Below, in pieces: positions 48,649-58,824 of a stretch of DNA of 64,000 bases. The stretch's first letter is position 1, and each line of letters starts with the position of its first letter. Below the pieces are notes generated by a model. The model did not search any database. It saw only the letters and a list, made by a program, of their open reading frames with translations, and had not been told where the DNA came from. The DNA comes from Candidatus Delongbacteria bacterium (GTDB lineage Bacteria > UBA4055), in assembly GCA_016937995.1 (NCBI GenBank), contig JAFGVM010000016.1, positions 101,224 through 165,223 of the forward strand. Reading direction: 5' to 3'. Both the position numbers and the translations under genes were made by a program.

Positions 48649-49989
48649 CTAGTATCCCTGATCGATCATAGCATCGGCTACTTTTTTGAATCCTGCAATA
48701 TTTGAACCTTTAACATAGTTAACAAATCCATCAGCTTGTGTACCATATTTAACACCCGCAGCATGAATTGAGCTCATGATCCATTTAAGTTTCTCATCAA
48801 CCTCTTCCTTGATCCACGATAGTTTCATTGAATTTTGTGACATTTCAAGACCAGATACTGCAACTCCACCTGCGTTTGCAGCTTTGCCTGGACCGAAAGC
48901 AATTTTGTTTGCAATAAAATAGTTTACCGCATCTGCTGTACAACCCATATTTGATGTTTCTATCACATACTTACAGCCATTATCTACAAGATTTTTTGCA
49001 TCTTCATCATTAAGTTCATTCTGAATAGCACACGGGTATGCCATATCAACCTTGACCTTCCACGGTTTTTCACCAGGAAAGAATTTTGCATTCGGGAATT
49101 TTTCCGCATAAGGAGCAACTACATCATTATTAGAAGCTCTCAATTCAAGCAGATAATTAAATTTTTCTTCAGTGTTCACACCATCTTCATCGAGTATGTA
49201 TCCATCAGGTCCTGAAATTGTAAGAACTTTTGCTCCAAGTTCTGTAGCTTTTATTGCACATCCCCATGTTACGTTACCGAATCCTGAAAGAGAAACTGTT
49301 TTACCTTCCATTGTCTCATTTTTATGTTTAAGCATTTGATCTGCATAATAAACTGCTCCGAATCCAGTAGCCTCAGGTCTTATCAATGATCCACCCCAGT
49401 TCAATCCTTTGCCTGTTAGAACACCGGTATTTTCCGAACGAAGTCTTTTGTATTGTCCGTACATAAAACCTATCTCTCTTCCACCAACACCGATATCACC
49501 GGCAGGTACATCAGTTTGAGGACCAATATATTTTTGAAGTTCAGTCATAAAAGAACGGCAAAATCTCATTATCTCATTGTCAGATTTACCTTTTGGATTA
49601 AAATCTGAACCACCTTTACCACCACCCATAGGTAAAGTTGTAAGACTGTTCTTGAATATTTGTTCGAATCCCAAGAATTTTAATCCACCTAAAGTAACAC
49701 TCGGATGAAATCTCAGTCCACCCTTATAAGGTCCGATAGCATTATTAAATTGTACTCTGTAACCTTTGTTGACCTGAATGTCACCGTTATCATCTTCCCA
49801 TTCCACTTTGAACAGAAAAGCTCTGTCAGGTTCAGTTATTCTGTCAAGTATCTTGGCCTGAAGATAAGAGGGGTTTTCGTTGACCATGTCAATGACTGAT
49901 TCGATCACTTCTCTTGCTGCCTGGATGAATTCTGGTTGAGCGGGGTTTCTCCTCTCAAGCTCAGCCATGAACTTGTCGATGTTATACAT
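48649..49989 (-). CDS. gdhA: Glutamate dehydrogenase (446 aa, GdhA-like).
   Basis: MYNIDKFMAELERRNPAQPEFIQAAREV N-terminus and LPMGGGKGGSDFNPKGKS resemble hexameric NADP-GDH of the GdhA type. GFGNVTWGCAIKATELGAKV is the Rossmann motif. Confidence 0.85.
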   Translation of the reverse strand: MYNIDKFMAELERRNPAQPEFIQAAREVIESVIDMVNENPSYLQAKILDRITEPDRAFLFKVEWEDDNGDIQVNKGYRVQFNNAIGPYKGGLRFHPSVTLGGLKFLGFEQIFKNSLTTLPMGGGKGGSDFNPKGKSDNEIMRFCRSFMTELQKYIGPQTDVPAGDIGVGGREIGFMYGQYKRLRSENTGVLTGKGLNWGGSLIRPEATGFGAVYYADQMLKHKNETMEGKTVSLSGFGNVTWGCAIKATELGAKVLTISGPDGYILDEDGVNTEEKFNYLLELRASNNDVVAPYAEKFPNAKFFPGEKPWKVKVDMAYPCAIQNELNDEDAKNLVDNGCKYVIETSNMGCTADAVNYFIANKIAFGPGKAANAGGVAVSGLEMSQNSMKLSWIKEEVDEKLKWIMSSIHAAGVKYGTQADGFVNYVKGSNIAGFKKVADAMIDQGY

Positions 49990-50165
49990 TTTGATGCCTC
50001 ACAATTAATTTTTTTTTGTTGTTGCATTTTTTTTGCAACGTTATTATAACATCGCTGAATTTATTTAGCGTATTAAATGTTGTCAAGATATATTTTATGA
50101 ATTGTTTACATGTAAAATCTGTAAAAGATTTTATCCGGATCGATCTAACACGGATGAGTTATGTT

Positions 50166-51296
50166 TTAAATTGTATCTTTTGTTAGAATATTTATTAGTT
50201 TTTCAGCTGCGGCTATTGGTGATATCTTACTTTCTATCACATCCTTTTTAACTGAACTTAAAACCTGTTGCACTTCAGTAGAATTATAAAATATATTTTC
50301 AAGTGTTTGTGTGATCGTGGTTTTCAACCATTGTTCAAGCTGATATTTCCGTTTATTTTGAAATTTTCCATTTGAATTCATTATACTATGATGCTTTATG
50401 ATGATCTTCCATAATTCATCAATTCCTTTATTTTCGTAGGAAGAGATCGCTATAACAGGAACCTGCCAGTCAGGATCAAAGTTAAGAGAATAGTGAGTTG
50501 CGTTCTCAAGTTCTTGTTTACAGAGATCAGCTTTGATCACATTGTCACCGTCAGACTTTGAAACAGCTATCGCATCTGCCATTTCCATAATACCTTTCTT
50601 TATCCCCTGAAGTTCATCTCCAGCTCCGGCAATTTGCAGTAAAAGAAAAAAATCCACCATCGAATGAACCAGGACTTCAGACTGTCCCACACCTACAGTT
50701 TCAACAAGTATGATATCATAACCGGCTGCTTCACATAGTATTATAGCCTCTCTTGTGGCTCTGTTCACACCCCCTAAAAAACCTGAGGTTGCTGAAGGAC
50801 GGATGAAAACATCATTCTTACTGGAAAGTTTATCCATTCTTGTTTTATCACCCATCAGACTACCTCCTGAAAGGTTACTGCTTGGATCAACTGCCATTAC
50901 AGCTACTTTTTTCTTCTGTTCAAGAAGATAAAGTCCGAAAGTTTCGATAAAAGTACTTTTACCTACACCTGGAATACCGGTAATACCAATCCTGATAGAT
51001 TTGCCTGAATATGGTAAACATCTGTTTATAATTTTTTTTGAAAGGTCGTTATCTTCTTTCTTCTTACTCTCGATAAGGGTTAGAGCTCTTCCCAAAATTA
51101 CTCTATCACCATTCAATATACCTGTCAGGAAGTCTTCGAGATCTATCTTGCGTTTTTTTTTACTTATAAAGATATCCAGTTTATCATCGGAAATACCTTC
51201 AGGTTTAACTATACCTGCATTAATATTTAATGATGTAAGTTTATCATTTGCCAGTTGATCTATTGATCTGCCGGTCTTATTTTTGTTGCTCATCAC
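50166..51296 (-). CDS. meaB: MeaB/ArgK-family GTPase (methylmalonyl-CoA-mutase-associated G protein). The true start may be an internal Met.
   Basis: GITGIPGVGKSTFIE P-loop. VAVMAVDPSS. GDKTRM switch. AIVVSKSDG-like NKxD block (AVSKSDGDN). The stop of the upstream histidine-kinase gene overlaps the listed start by 20 nt. Confidence 0.75.
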   Translation of the reverse strand: MMSNKNKTGRSIDQLANDKLTSLNINAGIVKPEGISDDKLDIFISKKKRKIDLEDFLTGILNGDRVILGRALTLIESKKKEDNDLSKKIINRCLPYSGKSIRIGITGIPGVGKSTFIETFGLYLLEQKKKVAVMAVDPSSNLSGGSLMGDKTRMDKLSSKNDVFIRPSATSGFLGGVNRATREAIILCEAAGYDIILVETVGVGQSEVLVHSMVDFFLLLQIAGAGDELQGIKKGIMEMADAIAVSKSDGDNVIKADLCKQELENATHYSLNFDPDWQVPVIAISSYENKGIDELWKIIIKHHSIMNSNGKFQNKRKYQLEQWLKTTITQTLENIFYNSTEVQQVLSSVKKDVIESKISPIAAAEKLINILTKDTI

Positions 51297-53922
51297 TGTC
51301 TTCTTTTAAAGTATCCTTTATATTTTTGGCTATGTCCCGGATATTATAAGGCTTTTTCAGGTACTTTTTTACTCCCAGCTTCATTGCCTTTTTTACTCTG
51401 TCACTCTCCGAATAACCACTTACTATTATTACTTTCTGCTTAGGTCTGACCTTGATCATTTCCTTATAAACATCATAACCATCCTTATCTTCTCCAAGGA
51501 TCATATCAAGAAGCACGATATCAGGATCAAAAGATTCTAGGATCGAATTTATATTCTCAACATCACTTGTACCTTCAACATCATAATTTATTTCAGAAAG
51601 AAGTGATTTAGCAATGTCTAACTGAACTTCCTCGTCATCGATCACAAGTATTTTTTCTCCATTTCCTTCAATTGATGTGTTATCTGTTAAGATATCCTCA
51701 ATATATGTGGTCCCTGCGAGAGCTGGAAAGTAAAGATCGAAGGTCGTTCCAGTTCCGACTTTACTTGTAAGTTCAATAAATCCGTCATGATCTTTTACAG
51801 TACCCCATACTACCGCCATCCCAAGTCCAGTTCCGCTCCTTCCCATTGACTTACTTGTAAAGAACGGTTCAAATATTCTTTTCTGATCCTCTTTGGAAAT
51901 ACCTACACCTTCATCAGTTACAGAAAGAACTGCATAATCCCCTTCAGGTATATTAGAAAATCTTAATGATTTATTTTTTGAACTTTCAAATTTTGTTGAA
52001 ATGAAAATTTCCCCACCGCTCATCATAGATTCAGCTGCATTTGTTATAAGGTTAACTAAAACTTTTGAAATTTGGAATTCCGCACCGGATATACTTGGGG
52101 TCGTATCATCCTCTGAAAATCTTAATCTTATGTTTGAATGATATATCTGCAGTTTTTCTATTTCCGGTGATTCAAGTACGTCTTTTACAACTTTGTTAAC
52201 ATTCACCGGTGCGAACTTGTTTACACCACGTCTTGATAAGGATAGAAGGTCCTCAACTATTGAAGCTGCTTTCTCCCCACTTTTCTTTATCGCCTGAACT
52301 TTCTTTCTCAAAGGATCTTCGCTGTCCATTTTCAACATCAGCAGGTCAGGATAAGCAACTATCCCTGTTAAAACATTATTCAGATCATGTGCAACTCCAC
52401 CTGCAAGCCTTCCCAATGCTTCCATTTTTTCACCCTGCGACAATCTGTCTTCCAATGTCCTGTTACGTTCAGTTGTTAGTATAAAGCTTGTAATATCTCT
52501 CCAAACACCTACAAATCCTATAACTTCACCATCCTCTTCAAGTAAAGGATTAATCTTTGCTTCAGCCCATTTTCTTGTATTATCCTTACATATCAATTGA
52601 GCATTGAATATTATCGGGAAATTCACAGAGTTGAAATTATAATTGATCCTTCTTTTAAGTTTTGATATTTTATCCATGGCATCAGGACTCAAATATTCAT
52701 TCTGTTTCAACTTTAAGAATTCATCAGGATCGTATCCCATGAACTGTCCTATAGACCTGGTTATAAAATTGATATTAAATTCCTTATCAGAGGTCCAGAT
52801 AGCATCGGAAACATTTGTTATCAGCAACCTGTATTTCTTCTCACTTTCCTTTAGTTCGTTCTCTATCGATATTTTATCTGTAATATCGGTACTTATTGCT
52901 ACAATTCCTGCAGGTTTTTTGTGATCATTATATATTAACTTACATCTGGATGATGCTACCCTTTTCTTCCCGTTAGGTAAAACACCTGTAACTATCCCTT
53001 CCCATTTTCCTTCCCTGTTAACAGCTTCTATCAATTCTTTTTTTGATATGCTGTCTTCAGATGACTGCTTAATTGATTCAGTTCTGCCAACGAGATCTTT
53101 TCTATCTAATCCAGTATGTTCAAGAACTGCTTTGTTAACATAAAGTATCTTTCCATTTATATCAGTTATCAGGACTTCATCTGAAATATTATACATCACA
53201 TCACTTTGGAATTTAAGATATCTTTCATTTCTTCTTCTTTTGGTAATATCTCTGAAAACCCCAAGGAAACTGATCTTTTTTTCACCCTCAGTAATTCCAA
53301 CTGTCTTCAACTCGACCCAGATTTTATGCTTGTCCTTTCTTTTAAGCTCCATTTCGTATGTATTTACGTCTTTGAACTTTTCAGGTTCCTGCTTCCTGAA
53401 GATGATATCCTTGGCAACAGTTCTCATAGATCTCTTTGAAAGAAATTTTTCTATCTTGGTATTTATGAATTCTTCAGGTGTATATCCAAGATAATCTTCA
53501 ATTGAAGGCGTTATATACGTAATTTTACCATTCATATCCAGAGTTACAATTACATCGCTAACATTATCAGTTATCAGTTGATACTTTTTATTTACATCTA
53601 CACATTCATCATTTTTCTCTTGAAGCTCTCCATTTATCTTCTTTAGATCAGCTTGAAATTTTCTGATCTTATAAATAGTATAAAAAATTATTCCACCTGA
53701 TATCATCAGCAGGTTTACAAAAGCCAATAATATAAGTATCGGGTAGGTTTCTGGTGTATTCTTAATTTGCGGTGAATCCTGAGCAAGTTCGAGTAAAATA
53801 TTCCTGTATTGTAAATAATTCACGTACATGACGATGCTTATCATGGATGAGAGCAATATACTAAGAATTATATAATATTTAGGTTCCCAGGAAAATTTCT
53901 TTTTCTTGAATCTGTTGTCCAA
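51277..53922 (-). CDS. Hybrid sensor histidine kinase/response regulator: N-terminal 2 TM, multiple PAS domains, HisKA, HATPase_c, and a C-terminal REC.
   Basis: RLAGGVAHDLNNVLTGI (H-box). LITNAAESM...DEGVGI...GTGLGMAVV (N/G1/G2 boxes). KILVIDDEEVQ...DIVLLDMILG...KVIIVSGY (REC with phospho-acceptor Asp). Confidence 0.8.
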   Translation of the reverse strand: MDNRFKKKKFSWEPKYYIILSILLSSMISIVMYVNYLQYRNILLELAQDSPQIKNTPETYPILILLAFVNLLMISGGIIFYTIYKIRKFQADLKKINGELQEKNDECVDVNKKYQLITDNVSDVIVTLDMNGKITYITPSIEDYLGYTPEEFINTKIEKFLSKRSMRTVAKDIIFRKQEPEKFKDVNTYEMELKRKDKHKIWVELKTVGITEGEKKISFLGVFRDITKRRRNERYLKFQSDVMYNISDEVLITDINGKILYVNKAVLEHTGLDRKDLVGRTESIKQSSEDSISKKELIEAVNREGKWEGIVTGVLPNGKKRVASSRCKLIYNDHKKPAGIVAISTDITDKISIENELKESEKKYRLLITNVSDAIWTSDKEFNINFITRSIGQFMGYDPDEFLKLKQNEYLSPDAMDKISKLKRRINYNFNSVNFPIIFNAQLICKDNTRKWAEAKINPLLEEDGEVIGFVGVWRDITSFILTTERNRTLEDRLSQGEKMEALGRLAGGVAHDLNNVLTGIVAYPDLLMLKMDSEDPLRKKVQAIKKSGEKAASIVEDLLSLSRRGVNKFAPVNVNKVVKDVLESPEIEKLQIYHSNIRLRFSEDDTTPSISGAEFQISKVLVNLITNAAESMMSGGEIFISTKFESSKNKSLRFSNIPEGDYAVLSVTDEGVGISKEDQKRIFEPFFTSKSMGRSGTGLGMAVVWGTVKDHDGFIELTSKVGTGTTFDLYFPALAGTTYIEDILTDNTSIEGNGEKILVIDDEEVQLDIAKSLLSEINYDVEGTSDVENINSILESFDPDIVLLDMILGEDKDGYDVYKEMIKVRPKQKVIIVSGYSESDRVKKAMKLGVKKYLKKPYNIRDIAKNIKDTLKEDSDEQQK

Positions 53923-54021
53923 ACTTCACCCCGTACGTATTTAACTTTCGCTTACGTTATTTACGGGCGGATAATGATCCGCCCTTACATTTATTTTCGT
54001 TAATTGTAGATTCAATTTTAC

Positions 54022-54930
54022 CTAGAATAACTGATAATTCGTTCTGAAGAAGAATACCATATTTCTATTGCCTTCATTGTAACTATCATCAGGAGTATCA
54101 GTGTATAAAGGTATTTTTGCCCCAGCTACAAATTCAAAAAGATTGATAGGATATTTAACTACTGGTTTTAAATCCATAAAGATTGTTTTATCCATTCCTT
54201 CTACACCGTCATTTTCACTATTTGCATGCATTCCATAGTTCGCATTAAGCCCAAATGTAAGATTGTACTGCCATCTGTAGTCTGCACCTACAACAAACAA
54301 GAAATTGTCACCTCTATCATGTTCAATATCCCAATCATCAGTATATTTACCGTTCATAGTATAAATAATGTTTCCTTTGTAAGTGAAATCATCCATAAAA
54401 TAATATGCTGATATGGCTCCAGTTATATCAAGAGTTTCTGTAGTGAGAGAAACAGTAACTCCATCACCAGCATCAGCTTTATCATCTCCAGTAGGTAATT
54501 TTGCTGTTACATTAAAATCAAGATAAGTATTTTGTTCCGCGAGAAATTTACCATACGAAAAACCTATTGAAATATCACCAATACCACTAGCGCTAAGATC
54601 CGACATTGGAACATCACGAGACATAAAGTAAGGTATGGTTGCACTCACACCAAATTCTCTCCATCTGTACCATATAGGTATGTTAAGTTTCTTATAGAAT
54701 TCTGAGATCGATGCTTCGGCTGATGCTGTCATATCCTGTTCGGGAGTATTGTCCGGAGTATCATTTGTTGCTGTACCGATTATATCAGCCACTGCCATTG
54801 GTTCTGTTGTAATTATTTCATCCGCAGTTGTATCACTTGAGTGAGTATTATTGTAATCATCGTAATACTCTTCCTGAGCATAGATAAAGCCGATCGAGGC
54901 TAAGATCAACATTAGTACCATTCTTTTCAT
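54022..54930 (-). CDS. Hypothetical outer-membrane beta-barrel protein.
   Basis: Signal peptide MKRMVLMLILASIGFIYAQ. Alternating hydrophobic pattern. C-terminal ...FFFRTNYQLF with terminal Phe. 302 aa. Confidence 0.4.
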   Translation of the reverse strand: MKRMVLMLILASIGFIYAQEEYYDDYNNTHSSDTTADEIITTEPMAVADIIGTATNDTPDNTPEQDMTASAEASISEFYKKLNIPIWYRWREFGVSATIPYFMSRDVPMSDLSASGIGDISIGFSYGKFLAEQNTYLDFNVTAKLPTGDDKADAGDGVTVSLTTETLDITGAISAYYFMDDFTYKGNIIYTMNGKYTDDWDIEHDRGDNFLFVVGADYRWQYNLTFGLNANYGMHANSENDGVEGMDKTIFMDLKPVVKYPINLFEFVAGAKIPLYTDTPDDSYNEGNRNMVFFFRTNYQLF

Positions 54931-54965
54931 TTTCCTTCTCCTTTTTATTATTTTAAGTTTTTATT

Positions 54966-56096
54966 TTAATGAAGCCTTTTCCAAATCTCATCATTAACTT
55001 CAAATATCTGATCGATCGTAGGATCTTTTATCTTCTTGTGCTTAGATATTTCTTCCTCTACATTCTTAACAATGTCAGTGAATTTGATCTTCCCTTTCAA
55101 AAATTTGTAAACCATAATTTCATTGACCGCATTAAGAACTACAGGAACAGTTCCTCCTTCTTTTATCGCTTCTATAGCCACATTAATAGCAGGAAACATT
55201 TTCGTATTCGGGTCAAAAAAGTTCAATGTACCAAGCTTGTGCAGATCCAGCTTCGGAAGATCAAGTTTCTTCCTTTCAGGATAAGTTAAGGCATACTGGA
55301 TAGGTACCATCATATCAGGCAGACCCAGTTGGGCAATTACTGATCCGTCAATGAACTCGACCATTGAGTGAATGATCGATTCCGGATGGATAATTATTTC
55401 AATTCTTTCAGGACCCAGATCAAATAAATGAACAGCTTCGATAAGTTCAAATCCTTTATTCATCATTGTTGCTGAGTCTATACTGATCTTATCACCCATA
55501 GACCAGTTCGGATGTGCCAAAGCATCTTCGATAGATACATCTTCCAAACTGTCCTTTCTATCTCGAAACGGTCCACCTGAGGCTGTTAATATTATCTTGT
55601 TAATAGCAGAGTATTCTTCTCCGTTCAAAGACTGTAATATCGCTGAATGTTCTGAATCGATCGGAATTATCTTACTCCCGAATTCTTTCATCAGTGATTT
55701 TACATTTTCTCCGGCCATTACTAGAGATTCTTTATTTGCTAAAGCTATAATTTTCCCGTTTTTAGCAGCATTGATAGTTGGTCTCAAGCCAAATGACCCG
55801 ACTATCGCATTTACGACAATATCAACATTTTTATCAGAAGTTGCCTGGTCAAGACCCTCTTCTATTGTTAATATCTTTATCTTTGATGTCCCCAGAATAT
55901 CTTTCAGATCCTGATAGAATTCTTTATCAATGATGACATATTCAGGGTTATATCTTAACGCCTGATCTGCTAATTTTTTAAAATTATTGTTCGCGGAAAG
56001 ATATTTTATCTTGAATTGACCTTTTAAATTATCAATTACTTTTAAAGTGCTATCACCAATAGAACCTGTTGAACCCAAAATGGAAAGTTTCTTCAT
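54966..56096 (-). CDS. dxr: 1-deoxy-D-xylulose 5-phosphate reductoisomerase.
   Basis: MKKLSILGSTGSIGDSTLKVI (NADPH-binding N-terminus). LANKESLV. DSEHSAI and other DXR blocks. 376 aa. Confidence 0.9.
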   Translation of the reverse strand: MKKLSILGSTGSIGDSTLKVIDNLKGQFKIKYLSANNNFKKLADQALRYNPEYVIIDKEFYQDLKDILGTSKIKILTIEEGLDQATSDKNVDIVVNAIVGSFGLRPTINAAKNGKIIALANKESLVMAGENVKSLMKEFGSKIIPIDSEHSAILQSLNGEEYSAINKIILTASGGPFRDRKDSLEDVSIEDALAHPNWSMGDKISIDSATMMNKGFELIEAVHLFDLGPERIEIIIHPESIIHSMVEFIDGSVIAQLGLPDMMVPIQYALTYPERKKLDLPKLDLHKLGTLNFFDPNTKMFPAINVAIEAIKEGGTVPVVLNAVNEIMVYKFLKGKIKFTDIVKNVEEEISKHKKIKDPTIDQIFEVNDEIWKRLH

Positions 56097-56216
56097 TTAA
56101 ACCCCGTGGTTAGTGTTTCTTTCCCTGAATTTTTATTTAATATAGCTAACTGTTATAAATTACACAACTATTAATTTATAAATATTCACGCGGGGAAAAA
56201 TTTGAGAATTAATTTT

Positions 56217-58064
56217 TTAAAAAGAAGTAAGGTCAGATAAATATTTCACATTGAACTCAATCCTGTGAAATCTGTCCGAATCGATCTCATCATAACCTGA
56301 ACCTATAGTTCCAGAGTCAGATGTAGAATCTTCTGAAATGCCGAAAGTAAATAAAATATCCCTGTAGCTGTATGAAACAAAACCGTAGATGCTCTTACCG
56401 GACCCTGAATAAGATATCAGTCCCGGATACAGACCAATGTCATAAAGTCCTGCATACATAATTGTCGACCCTTGTGTGAAATATACATCGGCTCCAAGTC
56501 TTATCAAAAATCCCTCACTAAGATCCATGGTGAAAGTTTGAGAGAACAAATATCCATATCCATCATCGTACCAATCTGAATATTTAAAGTAACTCGATAC
56601 TTTCGATCTATTAAAATTGTATTGAATTTTTAATCTTGAATCAATTTTGTTAATTGTTGAATAAAGATCATCATCGTATATCTCATAGTTCTTATATTTA
56701 CTCTGACAATTTAGAGAAATATTTCTATTCGTAATATCCAGTTCAGCCTTAACTTCTCCCCCGGGTAAATATCCTGTATCATACTCAGAACTAAAATAAT
56801 TACTGCTAAAAATAAAATTTACTCTTTTGTACAGGTTACCTTTAACTTTGAATCCTATGCTGTTCTCCTTATCACCATCACCCTGTTTTAAAATCTGAGA
56901 TGATAAGGACAGTCGATCCTTCTCTATCCTGCTTAAATACATACCTGTCTTAAGTTTACTGGATGTAAATGATGAACTCAGGATAAAATTATTTTTACTC
57001 AGATCTGTTGCATCGCTGAATTGTATAATGAAGTTATTTTTAAACTTTTTTTTGAGCTGAAATTCGCCAAGAATACCACTATGCAGCTCGGAATTATCTG
57101 CAAGTTCTTTTGAGTAGGTTTCCTCCGAAACGGATATACAACTTGAAAGATCATTATATATGAACTGATAAGAAATACCTTTTAAAAAATGCTTCTCATT
57201 GTGATAGCGTTCTATTTCATTCACAGTTCTGGTATAGGAATTAAGGTTTACCGAATTTATTAAATTATCTGATGTAAGTACGACAGAAACTGGCTTCTCA
57301 CCGTAGAATAATGCAATATTTGAATTACGAAATTCCTGAGATACATAAAAGCCGTTGAACCCGTAATAATCCATACTGGACAAGCTTGATCTCGCAGGAT
57401 CTTGGAACTTGAAACTTTGTTTCAAAGCAAATGGATCGATGAACATAGATTCATACTGCAATAAGCCTGTTACAGAGAAAAAACTGAAATGACCGAGAAT
57501 GATCTTGGAACCAGTATTTGTATATTCCAAAGAAAACTTTAGATTATCTGTGTATGAGATCTCCCCTGCTTCTTTTTCAGTAAGAAAAGACAGCTGCATA
57601 TTATCAGTTTTAACCTTGATCTTGTTCAAATAATAGCTTTGATTTCCTAAATAATTAGAGTCCTGATAACCGATAGTTTTTTCCAGAAGTCTTTTTGTTC
57701 TGAACTGGTATGTTAGATCATTTTTTACAGGACCTTTTTCTTCATACACTATCATTTGATCAAGCAGCTTTGCAATATCATCAGTAATTATTCCCTCTGA
57801 GACAAGATTATTCAAGTCTTTTATCCTGTCTGACTTGGAGATACTGTCAAAGATCTCAGAAGCTGTTATTTCATCGATATACGGTAATGAATAAATTTCA
57901 TATTCTGAGGCTGTGTTGATATTGATAGGATTTGATCTGAAATGGTCGAACAGACTTGTAAGTGACTCTTCATCCAGTTCACTTTGATCTATCGCTGATA
58001 AAAATACGGTTATCAGTAAAATAGCCAGAATTACATTATATCTCATAAACGATACCGACCGCAT
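56217..58064 (-). CDS. Secreted protein with a ComEA-like helix-hairpin-helix motif near the N-terminus and a large beta-rich C-terminal domain. The start may be the internal Met at 58046, which avoids overlap with the upstream gene.
   Basis: Signal peptide. INTASEYEIYSLPYIDEITASEIFDSI resembles the ComEA HhH repeat (iNtAsxxEL..LPGIGxxxAxxI). The remaining ~500 aa are Y/S/N-rich, beta-barrel-like. Confidence 0.45.
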   Translation of the reverse strand: MRSVSFMRYNVILAILLITVFLSAIDQSELDEESLTSLFDHFRSNPININTASEYEIYSLPYIDEITASEIFDSISKSDRIKDLNNLVSEGIITDDIAKLLDQMIVYEEKGPVKNDLTYQFRTKRLLEKTIGYQDSNYLGNQSYYLNKIKVKTDNMQLSFLTEKEAGEISYTDNLKFSLEYTNTGSKIILGHFSFFSVTGLLQYESMFIDPFALKQSFKFQDPARSSLSSMDYYGFNGFYVSQEFRNSNIALFYGEKPVSVVLTSDNLINSVNLNSYTRTVNEIERYHNEKHFLKGISYQFIYNDLSSCISVSEETYSKELADNSELHSGILGEFQLKKKFKNNFIIQFSDATDLSKNNFILSSSFTSSKLKTGMYLSRIEKDRLSLSSQILKQGDGDKENSIGFKVKGNLYKRVNFIFSSNYFSSEYDTGYLPGGEVKAELDITNRNISLNCQSKYKNYEIYDDDLYSTINKIDSRLKIQYNFNRSKVSSYFKYSDWYDDGYGYLFSQTFTMDLSEGFLIRLGADVYFTQGSTIMYAGLYDIGLYPGLISYSGSGKSIYGFVSYSYRDILFTFGISEDSTSDSGTIGSGYDEIDSDRFHRIEFNVKYLSDLTSF

Positions 58065-58824
58065 GAGAATATTCTAGATCGAAATGATATGAAATCGCAT
58101 AGGAGAACTGGTATTTTAAATATCTGATCGCAAAACCCGAATTAACACACTTAGGTTCAAAATTGTATCCCGCTGACAGAACAAAAGCATCAATTGGTTT
58201 ATAGCTTATACCGGTCTTTATATTAGCTTTATACCTGTCATCTTTCTCCAGACCCAGATAAACATCTAGCGTATTCAAAGATCTGTAATGAAAATTCAGG
58301 AACATTTCCATTGGTATATCTATATTATCATTTTCGTAAGCATAAAGGTTTTTTATTGAACATATGACTTCCAGATCATCAACTATTTTATAAAAAGCAG
58401 TTAGATCAACTCCTGCGGTATAACTATTTTTAAACTCAGTATGCAGATAGAAAAGCGATATTCCCGGACTTATCGTTAGATCATCAGTATGAAAAATTGA
58501 TGAGGAAAGCTGAAGAGTATTTTCTCTGTAGGTACTGTTCCCGAAATTAATGACTCTGATATAAGAATTCTTACCTAGTACTTTAGTTTGAAATGCAACA
58601 TCCTCACGGGAGAATTCAGTGATACCGTAAGGGTGAAGAAAATTTAGGGATAGATATTTTTTGTCTGTATTTAAAGCAGGTATGGTTGTATCACCTGTTT
58701 GGAATCCCGAGACATTCCCTGAAGCGATCGTTTGAGGAGATATTATAATATTTTCTAATGAAGCGAAAATATTTCCTGCAAAGATCATTAACGACATATA
58801 AAATAATATCTTCCTCAATATCAT
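58036..58824 (-). CDS. Hypothetical outer-membrane beta-barrel protein.
   Basis: Signal peptide MILRKILFYMSLMIFAGNIFAS. Amphipathic beta pattern. Aromatic-rich C-terminus. Confidence 0.35.
   Translation of the reverse strand: MILRKILFYMSLMIFAGNIFASLENIIISPQTIASGNVSGFQTGDTTIPALNTDKKYLSLNFLHPYGITEFSREDVAFQTKVLGKNSYIRVINFGNSTYRENTLQLSSSIFHTDDLTISPGISLFYLHTEFKNSYTAGVDLTAFYKIVDDLEVICSIKNLYAYENDNIDIPMEMFLNFHYRSLNTLDVYLGLEKDDRYKANIKTGISYKPIDAFVLSAGYNFEPKCVNSGFAIRYLKYQFSYAISYHFDLEYSHAVGIVYEI

Noticed and set aside
53925-54000. Hairpin GGGCGGATAATGATCCGCCC between the histidine-kinase start and the OMP gene stop.
   Set aside because: The T-rich tail is on the plus strand, where no gene ends. On the minus strand the downstream sequence is not U-rich. 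The assignment is ambiguous, so it is not annotated as a terminator.
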